Part shown: positions 1 through 14,658 of the stretch, piece after piece
How the letters are laid out: each line of letters starts with the position of its first letter
Position numbering within the stretch: the stretch's first letter is position 1
Source: the human T2T-CHM13v2.0 reference genome, Homo sapiens
Assembly: GCF_009914755.1 (NCBI RefSeq)
Contig: NC_060927.1
Direction: 5' to 3' (one strand)
Length of the DNA: 64,000 nt
Program-made: the position numbers and the translations under genes
Notes under the pieces: model-generated
Databases searched by the model: none
Seen by the model: the letters and a program-made list of their open reading frames with translations, nothing else
What the model was told of the DNA's origin: nothing

Positions 1-249
1 CCTTATTCAGAAAGGCATAATAGCCTATTTAATAACATATAAACAGTATATTTATTGTGGATTCAAAACATGAGAAAGTTATGGAGGAAAACAAGTGATA
101 ACCACAAAATTCAGGATAGTGATTACCTCTGAGGAGTTCCTGAGAGAGAAGGATGCGGGATTGAAGAGGAACTTCAGAGGTGATAGAATGTTTTTTTTCT
201 AACAGGAGCAGTGAGTACACAGGTGTTCATGATACCAGTATTTTATCAG

Positions 250-385
250 TAGAGGGCTTGTTAAAACAGTGCTGGATGGCACCCCGTGGGGTGTCTAATG
301 TAGTAGATTGGGATGGGGCCCAACAATTTCCATTTCTAACAAGTTCACTGTTGATGCCAGTTCTGCTGGTGTGAGGACAGGACTT
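250..385. mobile_element. MER5-type hAT DNA transposon fragment
   Basis: gagggcttgttaaaaca...ggggcccaacaatttccatttctaacaagttc...gctggt resembles MER5A consensus. Confidence 0.7.
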
Positions 386-551
386 CTTATGCATTTTATA
401 AATTATCTTTTATATCCATTCACTGTTGTTAAAAAAATTTTTTGTAGAAAGAGTATAAAAAGCAAAGTCTGTTTTTTTAACTCCCTGCTCTGGGATAAGG
501 GTGGATTTGCTTTTACTTAGTAGTCACAGAGAGGTAGGTGCCTTCCCAGTA

Positions 552-770
552 GAGCTAGCATAGTTAAAGGTACAGATTCCAGAGTTAAACTGCCTATGTT
601 TGAATCTTGGCCCCACCATATTATAGGTTGTATGACCTCGGGCAAGGGTTTTAGTCTCTCTATCCCTCAGTTTTCTCATCGTTAACAATATCTATCTTGT
701 TGGGTTGCAGTGAAGATCAAATGAGTCAATATAGGTAAAGCCCTTGGTATGGTACCTGGCCGATTAGGAA
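552..770 (+). mobile_element. MIR SINE
   Basis: tttgaatcttggcccc...tgacctcgggcaag...cctcagttttctcatc MIR core motifs. Confidence 0.8.
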
Positions 771-784
771 GGGCCAGTTGCTGC

Positions 785-823
785 TATTAGGTTGGTGCAA
801 AAGTAATTGTGGTTTTTGCCATA
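785..823 (+). mobile_element. Half MADE1 (Hsmar1 mariner MITE), one terminal inverted repeat
   Basis: TA followed by TTAGGTTGGTGCAAAAGTAATTGTGGTTTTTGCCAT; no second TIR seen. Confidence 0.8.
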
Positions 824-2349
824 ATACTCTAAGGTATCAGACTTATTCCCTGGGGGTTTCCATCCTGGAGGTGCTATTGAGTGTATTTATTCCTTGCTCT
901 CCAGAGAGGACCTCCTGCCATAATCAGGTTCCCCATAAGAAGCCACTGGTCTTTCTTTGCCTCTAGCTGCTGCTTTTCTTGCTAATAGAGAAATAGGTAC
1001 TTGGAGGAAGTAGTATTCTTTGAAACCTTCATATTTCACCTTGAAGTTTTTCTTATTGATTATTATAATGTATTAGGCTTTTAAACCAACTGAGAAGTGG
1101 AGACTCCTCCAAATGGTGTAATGAGAGGTTTTGATCTTTATTGCCCTGGATGTTAAGCTATAGTGAAGATTGTGATAATGTTTCTCCTGCCAACAGATGC
1201 TCTCTAAAATTCTCAAGGAGTTACTTACTTGATTTTTCAGTCAGTTCCAAAAAAGCTTTTATAGACAGAAGCAGAATTGTTTCTCCAGCTCTGTAACTCA
1301 TGCTTTTAATTTCTGCGGAATTGGTGGTGTACCTTCAGTGAGAACTTGATCAGCAAACAGCCCATTCCTATTTCCTCTCTGAGTACAGTTTTTATACTAA
1401 TCCTGGCTCACAGACAAATGTATGCATCTGGTTTCCTCATTGACATCTGGCTAACTTAAGTCTGCCAGGTTCATAAGGCATGAACCCTAATTCCCAGACT
1501 TTCTCCATCTGCCACTTCCTGTGTGGCCCTTTGTATACTTGAAATAAAATGAATTAAAGTAGTTCATTTCTACCTTTGAGTATTGATTAGACATTGATTA
1601 AGCATTGTCCTCTGATATGAAATTAAATACTTGAGGAAATCAAATCTGCTTTGTGAAAGTATAAACATTTTCATTTACTTATTCATGGTTGATTGCATGT
1701 GCCTAACATTGTAAAAATTAAGTGTATACTAACCCATTCTTTGGTTTCTGGGTGTATTAAAGTGTGAAGGAATGGTGAGATACCAGTGGCATTTTTACTC
1801 ATTCTCATCAAGAGTGAGAAGAAGAGCTATCTTGAAATGGTTGGGGGTGGGGGGAAGAGTGAGAGGAAGAGGAATAGTAAGAGGGACTTTGGGCTGTACA
1901 TCAGGGAGCTGAGACTCAGATCCCTATAGGGTCTAAATGGTATGTATTGTTTTCTCCTCTAGATTTCTAAAATTCCTTTTACCTTTAATATTCTGCAATT
2001 AAAGACATCATCCAAACCTTCAAGGAGTTAATGGTCTGATTGGGAAAACCAAACATAAATTAATTATAATACAAGATAAATAAATGATAAAATAGAAGTA
2101 AAAATAAAGTTTCACAAGAATTAAACACGAAGGAGCAGTTTATACCAGGCTCCTACTCATTCTTAGAATAGGAGGTTATACATAAGCAAGGGTTATAGAT
2201 TGGAATGCCTCACACAGCAGTGGGGTAGGGTTGGAGACATTGTATAAACTCATGCCTAGCTTAATATAGGCACATACAGTTACATATTAAAAGATTTTAA
2301 ATATGTTCACATACATACATTAGTATACATACAAATATTTCCTCACTTT

Positions 2350-3790
<1,441 letters not shown>

Positions 3791-4027
3791 GGAAAAGAAT
3801 GTCCAACATTCTTTCTGTACTAAGGAGCAGAGGTCCCTTTCTTAAATATAATGGTCAAGTAGGCATTTAATAAGTAGCCTGCAAGCACCAAGTAATGAAC
3901 TCTGTAAAGATCAAACAAAATGTACGTTCAGAGTTTCCATTGTATATTTTGAGGCTTTGCTTTCTTGTTCTAAGATAGTAAAGCTTCTAAGTGTCAGCTA
4001 ACTGCATGTTCTCTCTCTCAGGGTAAC

Positions 4028-6359
4028 TGATATGGCTTGGCTCTGTGTCCCCACCCAAATCTCATCTTGTAGCTCCCATAATTCCCATGTGTTGTGGGAG
4101 GGACCTGGTGGGAGATAATTGAATCATGGGGGCGGGTCTTTCCCATGCTGTTCTCATGATAGTGAATGGGTCTCATGAGATCTGATGGTTTTAAAAAAAG
4201 GGAACTTCTCTGCACAAGCCCTTTTTTTTGCTTGCTGCATACATGCATACATGTAAGATGTGATTTGCTCCTCCTTGCCTTCCACCATGATTGTGAGGCC
4301 TCCCCAGCCATGTGTAACTGTGAGTCCAGTTAAACCTCTTTGTTTTGTATATTGCCTAGTTTTGGGTATGTCTTTGTCAGCAGTGTGAAAATGGAGTAAT
4401 ACAATAAATTGGTACCAGTAGAGTCGGGCACTGCTGAAAAGATACCTAAAAATGTGGAAGCAACTTTGAAACTGGGTAACAGGCAGAGGAACAGTTTGGA
4501 GGGCTCAGAAGAAGACAGGAAAATGCGGGAAAGTTTGAAACTTCCTGTAGACTTGTTGAATGGCTGTGCTCAAAATGCTGATAGTGATATGGACAATAAG
4601 GTCCAGGCTGAGTTGGTATCAGATGGAAATGAGGACCTTGTTGGTAACTGGAGCAAAGATGACTTTTGTTATGTTTTAGCAAAGAGACCAGCAGCCTTTT
4701 GCCCCTGTCATAGAGATTTGTGGAACATTGAACTTGAGAGAGATAATTTAGGGTATCTGGTGGAGGAAATTTCTAAGCAGCAAAGCATTCAAGATGTGAC
4801 TTGGGTGCTGTTAAAGGCATTCAGTTTTATAAGGGAAGCAGAGCACAAAAGCTTGGAAAATTCGCAGCCTAACAATGCAATAGAAAAGAAAATTACATTC
4901 TCTGAGGAGAAATTCAAGCTGGCTGCATAAATTTGCATAAGTAATGAGGAGCTGAATGTTAATCCCCAAGACAATGGGGAAAATGTCTCCAGGGCATGTC
5001 AGAGATCTTCATGGCAGCCCCTCCCATCACAGGCCTAGAGGCCTAGGAGGAAAAAGTGGTTTCGTGGGCCAGGTCCAGGGTTCCCCACACTGTGTGCAGC
5101 CTAGGGCACCTAGCCTTGGTGCCCTGCATCTCAGCTGCTCCAGCTGTGGCTGAAAGGGGCCAATGTAAACCTTGGGCCGTGGCTTCAAAGGATGCAAGCC
5201 TCAAGCCTTGGCAGCTTCCACATGGTGTTGAGCCTGCCAGCGCACAGAAGTCAAGAATTGGGGTTTGGGAACCTCCACCTGGATTTCAGAGGATGTATGG
5301 AAATGCCTGGATGCCCAGGCAGAAGTTTGCTTCAGGGGCAGGGCTCTCATGGAGAACCTCTGCTAGGGCAGTGCAGAAGGGAAATGTAGGTTCAGAGCCC
5401 CCACACAGAGTCCCTACTGAGGCACTGCCTAGTGGAGCTGTGAGAAGAGGGCCACCATCCTCCAGACCCCAGAATGGTAGATCCACAGACAGCTTGCACC
5501 CTGCTCCTGGAAAAGCCACAGATGCTCAACACCAGCCTGTGAAAGCAGCCAGGAGAGGGGCTATACCCTGCAAAGCCACAGTGGGTGGAGCTGCCCAAGA
5601 CTATGGGAACCTACCTCTTGCATCAGCGTGACCTGGATGTGAGACATGAAGTCAAAGGAGATCATTTTGGAGCTGTAAGATTTGACTGCCTCACTGGATT
5701 TCAGACTTGCATGGGGCCTGTAGCCCCTTTGTTTTGGCCAAAGTCTACCATTTGGAATGGCTGTATTTACCCAAAGCCTGTACCCCCATTATATCTAGGA
5801 AGTGACTAACTTGCTTGTGATTTTACAGACTCATAGGTGGAAGGGACTTGCTTTGGCAGAGATGAGACCTTGGGCTGTGGACTTTTGAGTTAATGCTAAA
5901 ATGAGTTGAGACTTTGGGGGACTGTTGGGATGGCATGGGTGGTTTTGAAATGTGAAGATATGAGATTTTGGAGGAGCCAAGGGTAGAATGATATGGTTTG
6001 GCTCTGTGTCCCCACCCAAATCTCATCTTGTAGCTCTCATAATTCCCACATATTGTGGGAGGGACCCGGTGGGAGATGATTGAATCATGGGGGCAGGTCT
6101 TTCTTGTGCTGTTCTCATGAATGGGTCTCTTGAGATCTGATGGTTTTAAAAAACGGGAGTTTCTCTGCACAAGCTTTTTTTTTTTTTTTTTTTGCCTGCT
6201 GCCATACTTGTAAGATATGACTTGCTCCTTCTTGCCTTCCACCGTGATTGTGAGGCCTCCCCAGCCACATGAAACTGTGAGTCCAATTAACCTCTTTCTT
6301 TTGTAAATTGCCCAGTTTGGGGTATGTCTTTATCAGCAGTGTGAAAACAGACTAATACA
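4028..6359 (+). mobile_element. Full-length THE1A-type MaLR (LTRs 4028-4403 and 5989-6359; internal 4404-5988)
   Basis: Both LTRs TGATATGG...TAATACA; 5-bp TSD GTAAC/GTGAC; internal ORF remnant 4409-4930 (LEGSEEDRKM...). Confidence 0.93.
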
Positions 6360-7685
6360 GTGACTATGGTACAGAATGATTTCTCAAGATGTGCCTTCAT
6401 GTAATATGATTGTGGTAGATAACGTGGGCAGAGTGGGCATTAGTGACTTATAAGCTATTAGAGGAAAGAGCTAGACTCAGGATGAACAACGGAGCCTTCC
6501 TTTCTTTATCTGTTCCCTAGAGAAATGCTCAACATAGTCTTTTGTGCTCCTTTTTTCTCATTTGTATTTTAAACTATTTTCACTTTTTAAAATTTCTTCA
6601 TGAGATGCCCTCATATCTTGGAGGCACATTAGTACGAAGTGGAAAGCAGAGAATTAATGTTATTCTAAGAGTAAATGAAGTTTATTAAATATGCTAAACA
6701 TTGTAAGGCTAAAACAATATTACTTATTTAAGTAGGTTTCACTGAAGACAGCATAGGTTAAACATAGTAATTGTTTTTTAAGATGATGTAGGTTTTATTT
6801 TATTTCTACAAATGTATGAGGTACATGAGGGATTTCGTTACATGTATATAATGCATAGTGGTCAAGTCAGGGTATTTAGGGTGTCCACCACGCAAGTACA
6901 ATACATTTTTGTTAAATATAGTGAATCTACTCAACTCTCAAACATTGAATTTTATCCTCCTTACTGTGTGTTTGTATCCTTTAATCCAGTTGTCTTCATC
7001 AGCTTCCTCCCTGCTACTCACTCTTCCCAGCTTCTGTTATTTATCTTTCCATTCACTACATGCATGTGATCAAATGTTTTAGTTCCCACATGTAAGTGAG
7101 AATGTCTTTTCATGCCTCATTTCATTTAAAACAATGACCTCTGGTTCCATCCATGTTACTAAAGGTAACATGGTTTTATTCTTTTCAATGGCTGAATAGT
7201 ATTTTGTGTCGGGGGATGTGGGGGTGTGGGTGTGTGTATCACATTTTCTTTTCTTATCTGTTCATTCATTGAACACTTAGATTGATTCCATATCTTTGCT
7301 ATTGTGAATAGTGCTGCAATAAACATGTGAGTTCAGATATCCCTTTGACATATTGATTTCTTTTTCTCTGGGTAGACAGTCAGTAGTGGGATTGCTGGAT
7401 CAAATGGTAATTCTGTTTTTAGTTTTTTGAGAAATCTCCATACTGTTTTCCATAGTGGCTGTACTAGTTTACATTCCCACCAGTAGTGTATAAGAGTTCC
7501 CTTTTCTCTGCATCCATGCAAACATCTGTTATTTTTTTCTTTTTCTGACTGGGATAAGATGATAGCTCATTGTGGTTTTGATTTACATTTGCCTGATGAT
7601 TAGTGATGTTGAACATTTTTGCATTTATCTGTTGACCATTTGTATGTCTTCTTTTGAGAAATTCTGTTCAGATTCTTTGCCCACT

Positions 7686-10230
7686 ATTTTTTTTTTATTT
7701 CAATAGCTTTTGGGGTACAGGTGGTTTTGGGTTACATGGATGAATTGTATAGTGGTGAAGTCAGATTTTTGTGCACCCATCACCCGAGTAGTGTACATTG
7801 TATCCAATGTGTAGATTTTTTATTCCTCATCTCTCTCCCACCCTCCCCTTTCTGAGTCTCTAAAGTTCATTATATCACTCCTTATGCCTTTGCTTACCAA
7901 AGCTTAGGTCCCACTTATAAGTAAGAACATACAGTATTTGGTTTCTCATTCCTGAGTTACTTCACTTACAATAAGGGCTTTAGCTCTATCCAAGTTTCTG
8001 CAAAAGACATTATTTCATTTCTTTTTTAGCCAAGTAGTATTCCATGGTGTATATATACTACATTTTCTTTACCCACTCATTGGTTTATGGGCACTTAGGT
8101 TGGTTCCATATCTTTGCAGTTGTTAATTGTACTGCAATAAACTTACATATGCAAGTGTCTTTTTGGTATATTGACTTCTTTTCCTCTGGGTAAATACCCA
8201 GTTGTGGAATTTTTTGATGAAATGGTAGATCTACTTTTAGTTCTTTAAGAAATCCCCATACTGTTTTCCATAGAAGTTGTACTAATCCCACCAGCAGTGT
8301 ATAAGCATTCCCTTTTCACCACATTCCAGAAAGGCTTTCAATAGGTCCACTCACACCGAGCTCACATGGGAGAAGCCTCAAATGTGTCTGTAGTGGTGAT
8401 GAGGGGGAAAAGATATATCCTTCTCAGGACGCTTCACAAGCGCAAAGGCTTTCTGACTGTTGGGGTACAGCCACAGACTTTCCCCACTAAGCCCAGCACT
8501 TCAACTATGCCTCTGCTGAAGGAAACTTCCCACCATTGGAAAGATCTGAGACTCAAGGCCTGCCATCTGGATTCTTTTGTCCCACAGGGTATTCCCTTGA
8601 TGTGATGTACTCCCCCTTTCCATAAGAGTAAGAGTCCCTTAGAGCTAGATTGCTGTGAATGCTACTGCTCTCTGGGTCTAGCTGCCCAGTGGGACTGCCA
8701 TACTGCAGGCTGGTGCTGGTGAACCTATGCAAGAGATCCAGTGATATGACCTGTCCTCAAGTCTCCCACCAGCAGCTATCAGCACCAGCTCTGATAGGGG
8801 TGGCAGAGGAGTGATGTAAACTCTGTGAGATTCCTTGGTTATAAATAGCCTTAGTGTGTTGACTTTCTCAGATGCCAGTTATAGTAGTAATGAACTGGTC
8901 ACTGGGACAGACTCAGGACCTCCTGGTTAGCCGGGGTGGTGCAGGCAATGGTAATACCTGAGGTAACATACAAGTTTTCTCCTTTCTGGACACAGTGTTA
9001 TTCTATCTGCAGATTCTGCAATGAACTGTGTCATTTGGCCTCCCAGCTAGGAGATGGCACTAGGAAAAGAGCACCACCTGCTGTAGTAGCAGTGGGATTT
9101 GTGCTTGCCTTATGTTACCCAGGAGAGGTATTCTGGTTTCTCAGGTGAGGGGTGAGGCTAGAGAGCTCCCAAAAGTTTCTGTTCTTTGTGTTATGCTACC
9201 AGGGTGGGTGGAGGGACAAAGCCAGGTGGGAGCTGGGTCAGGTAGGTCCACACCCTGGCTCTCCACTTGCAGGGCAAGCACTGGCCTCTATGGAGATCAC
9301 AGAGATCTCTGTGGAGATCACCACCTCTGCAGGTGGTTTACTGGCCACTGAGGTAATGTTCCATGGAGGAAGGTCACTGCCTCTGCTGCACAGAAGAGAT
9401 TTCGGAAGGAATGGAAAGTAGTAGGTGAGAGTAAGCCCCACCCAGCTCTTACATAGTTGGCAAGGCAGGTCTCATACCTGCAGTGATCCATTAGTAGCAG
9501 CTAGCTAAGTTCCAGGCTGTCTACACTCAGAACTCGAAACTGTCCCAGGCTATAAATCTTCCCTGTGGAGACAGCAATCAGGGCTTTCACGCTACACCCC
9601 TCCCAGTCCACTCCCACAAAGCTGGGGCACCTGGCTCCTGCACTCCTAGCTACAGCACACTTCCCGCCTGTCCCCTGGTTCTGGGCAAGGGAGTTTATCT
9701 CCACTCAAGATTATATCACAAATTTCAGTTGGGAGCTTCTGTTAACCTGAGACTACTGCCTGAGTTAGCTAGCAGACTTCCGTGAGGTCCCCTGTGACGT
9801 AGAATGAGGAATGGCTTCCCTTGGTCCAAGCTGAAGACTGGGAATGCTCACAAGGCTCTTTCCCTGCTGCTCCTACTTTTATATTCGTCACCACTCCGTA
9901 AATCAGTTCCAGCACTGGGTAGGATTAAGGCCTTCCCCTGTGGGCTGAATTGCCAGGTTCCCAGTGGTGGTGTATATCCTAGAGGCAGTGTCTCCCCTTC
10001 TCACACTCTGAGGATTTGGTGTCAATTATACCTGCCTCATGATATAATTTGCAGCTTGCCACTTCTTTTAAAGGGTCTGTGGTTTCTTTAAGCTTTCCTG
10101 TTCAGTTCTTGTGTTGCTTCTTGAAAAAAAGTTCAGTGTGAATCTCTATGCACTATTGTCTTTCCAAGTGGAAGAGACGTGCTGACACTACCTCCAATCT
10201 GCCATCTTGGGAGGAAAAAACACACAAAAA
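7686..10230 (-). mobile_element. L1PB-type element keeping both ends, with ORF1 and most of ORF2 deleted
   Basis: poly(T) plus L1PB 3' end at 7686; ORF2 C-terminus to about 8324 joined to 5' UTR ending gccatcttgg (10201-10210); TSD TCTTTGCCCACT at 7674 and 10232. Confidence 0.75.
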
Positions 10231-13080
10231 CTCTTTGCCCACTTTTATGGGATTATTAGCTTGTTTTTCCTGCTGAGTTGTTTGAGTTCCTTGTCTACTC
10301 TGAATATTAGTCCCTTGTTGTATAAGTAGTTTGGAAATATTAGTCCCTTGTTGTACAAGTAGTTTGGAAATATTTTTCCCATTCAACAGGTTGTCTGTTT
10401 ACTCAGGTTTGCTTCTGGTTTGCTAGAGTAAACAGACAACCTCTTGAAAGGGAAAAATATTTCCAAACTACTTACACAACATCCCCTTTTGCTGTGCAGA
10501 AGCTTTTTAGTTTAATATACTACCAGTTATCTATTTTTGTTTTTGTTGCCTTTTGAGATCTTAAACTTTTTGCCTAGACCAATTTCCAGCAGCATTTTCC
10601 CTAGGTTTTCAAACTTCTATTATGTTTATAGTTTCAGGTCTTATGTTTAAGTCTTTAATCCATTATGTGTTGATTTTTTTGGTATATGGTGAGAAATAGG
10701 TGTCCTGTTGCATTCTTCTGCTTGTTCCAAAAAAAATTGAAGAGGACGGAACTCTCTCTAATTCATCCTACAAGATCATCACCACCCTGATAGCAATACC
10801 AGGCAATAACTCCACAAGAAAAAAAGAAAACTAACAGGTCAATATCCCTGATAAACACAGATGCCAATGCCTCACAATTCAGCCCACAGAGGAAGGCCTT
10901 AACCCCACCCAGCACTGGAACTATTTAGGGAGTGGTGAAGAATAAAAAAGTAGGAGCAGCAGAGAAAGAACTTTGTGAGCATTCCCAGTCTTCAGCTTGA
11001 ATCAAGGGAAACCATTCCTCATTCTACATCACAGGAGACCTCACGGAAGTCTGCTAGCTAACTCAGGCAGCAGTCACAGGTTGAGAGAAGCTCCCATCTG
11101 AAATTTGTGATATAATCTTGAGTGGGGATGAATTCTCTTGGCCAGAACCAGGGGCAAATGGGAAGTGTGCAGTAGCTACAAGTGCAGGAGTCAGGTGCCC
11201 AGCCTTGTGGTCATTCCCAGTCTCCAGCTTGAACCAAGGGAAGCCATTCCTGATTCTCCATCACAGGGGACTTCACAGAAGTCTACTAGCTAACTCGGGC
11301 TAACTCATCCAACTTGGATGCCGGTTAGTTTTTTTCTCTTGCCTGATTTCTCTGGCTAGGACTTTCAGTACAATATTGAATAGGAATGGTGAAGGTGGAT
11401 AACTTTGTCTTGTTCCAGTTCTTAGAGGATAGGCTTTCAGATATTTCCCTATTCAGTGTGATGGTAGTTATGGGTTTGTTGTATGTGGCCTTTATTATTT
11501 TCAGATATGCTCTTTCTATGCCTAGTTTTGTGAGAGTTTTTATCATGAAGGGATGTTGAATTTTATCAAATTTTCTTCTACATTTGTCTAGATAATAATA
11601 TGATTTTTGTCCTTTATTCTGTTGATTTGATGTATCATGTTTATTGATTTACTTATGTTGAACCATTTTTGAATCCCTGGTATAAATGCAACTTGATCAT
11701 AATGTATTAACTTTTTGATTGGCTCTTAGATTGTGTTTGCTAGTATTTTGTTTAGGATGTTAGCATCTGTGTTTACCAGGGATATTGACATATAGTTTTC
11801 GTTGTTGTTGTTGTGTTCTTGCCTGGTTTTGGTATCAGAGTAGTGATGATCTTGTAGGATGAATTAGAGAGAATTCTGTCCTTTTCAATTTTTGAAGTAG
11901 TTTCAAGACAATTGGTATTAGTTCTTTTTACGTTTGGTAGAATTTGGCTGTGTATCCATCTGGTCCTGGGCTTTTCTTTCTCAGGAGGCTTTTTAATTAC
12001 TGATATAATCTTGCTATGCATTATTGGTCTATTCAGGGTTTTTCTTTCTTTCCAATTCAATCTTGATAGGTTGTATGTTTTTAGGAATTTATTTATTTTC
12101 TCTAGGTGTTTCAGTTTGTCAGCATGTAGTTGTTTATAATAGTCTCTAATGATTCTTTGCATTTCTGTAGTATCAGTTGTAATGTCTTCTTTGTTTTTTC
12201 TGATTTTATTTGGGGGCTTCTCTCTTTTTTTTTTTTTTTTCTTGGTTAGTCTAGCTAGCAGTTTATCAGTTTTGTTTATCTTTTTGAAGAACCAGCTTTT
12301 CTTTTTGTTGATCCTTTGTTTTGTTTTTCTTCAGTCTCTATTTCATTTTGCTCTTTTCTTCTGCTAGTTTTGGGTTTCATTTGTTCTTGCTTTTTTAGTT
12401 CCTTGAGATACATTGTTAGATTGTTAATTTGTAATCTTTCAACTATTTTATGTAGGCATTTATTACTATAAAATTCCCTCTTAGCACTGCTTTTACTATG
12501 TCCTACAGGTTTGGTATGTTGTGTTCCTGTTTTCGTTTATTTTGAGATTTTTTTTTATTTCCATCTTAATGTCCTTGGTGACCCAATGGTCATTTAGGAG
12601 TATGTTGTTTAATTTCTATGTATTTATGTAGTTTCCAAAGTTCCTCTTGGCTTTGATTTCTAGTTTTATTCCATTGTGGTTTGAGAAGATACTTGATATG
12701 ATTTTGATTTTTTTAAGTGAGTTGAGGCTTGTTTTGTGGCCTAACATTTGGTCTATACTGGAGAATGTTCTTTGTGCTGATGAAAAGAATGTATATTCTG
12801 CAGTCGTTGGGTAGAATGTTCTGAAATGTCAGTTAGCTCCATTGGGTCTAAAGTGCAACTTAAAGCCAATGTTTCTTTGTTGATTTTTTTGTCTAGATTA
12901 TCTGTGTAATGCTGAGAGTGGAATGTTGAAGTCCCCAACTATTATTGTTTTGCAGTTTATCTCTCTCTTTAGCTTTAATGATATTTTCTTTATGAATCCA
13001 GGTGTTCCAATGTTGGTTACATATATATTTAGAATTTTTTATCATCTTGCTGGATTGATCCCTTTATCATTATATAATGA

Positions 13081-13547
<467 letters not shown>

Positions 13548-13703
13548 CGAGTTTTTTGTAAACAGCAAATAGTCGGATTGTGGGTTTTTAAAAATCTATT
13601 CAGCCATTCTGTATCTGCAAAGTGGAAAATTTAATCTATTTTTGATCAGTGTCATTATTGATATGTGGTGCTTTGTTTCTGTCATTTATTAATTGTTTTC
13701 TGA

Positions 13704-14162
<459 letters not shown>

Positions 14163-14349
14163 TAAATGTCATCCTTTCACTTCCAGGTTTAGGACTCTCA
14201 TGAGAATTTTTTTGTAGGGCCAGTCCAGGGGCAATGAATCCCCTTAGTATTTGCTTGTCTGGAAAAGATTTTATTTCTCTTTCACTTATGAAGGATAATT
14301 TTGCATGTATAGCATTCTTAGCTGTCAGATTTTTTTTCTTTTATTCTTC

Positions 14350-14658
14350 CTTTTTTTGTTGTTTTTTGTTTTTTTTGAAACAAGGTCTCACTCTGTCACC
14401 CAGGTGGGAGTGCAGTGGTGTAAATACAGCTCACTGCAGCCTCAACTTCCCAGGCTCAAGCAATCTTCCTGCCTCAGCCTCCCATGTTGCTAAGACTTCA
14501 GGCACACTTCACCACGCCCAGCTAATTTTTTTTTTTTTTTCAAAGATTGGTTCTTGTCATGCTGCGTAGGCTGTTCTCAAACTCCTGGACTCAAGTAGGC
14601 CTCCTGCCTCAGCCTCCCAAAGTGCTGTGATTACAGGCATGAGCCACTGCATTTGGCC
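14350..14658 (-). mobile_element. AluJ
   Basis: Antisense Alu with J-type cagctcactgcagcctcaac / ggctcaagcaatc. Confidence 0.9.

Noticed and set aside
4409-5809. 173-aa and 191-aa ORFs as genes
   Set aside because: Fragments of the THE1 internal region; no exon structure
6256-6268. PRDM9 hotspot motif in the THE1 LTRs
   Set aside because: CCTCCCCAGCCAC (and ...CAT in the 5' LTR) lacks the T at position 7 of CCNCCNTNNCCNC
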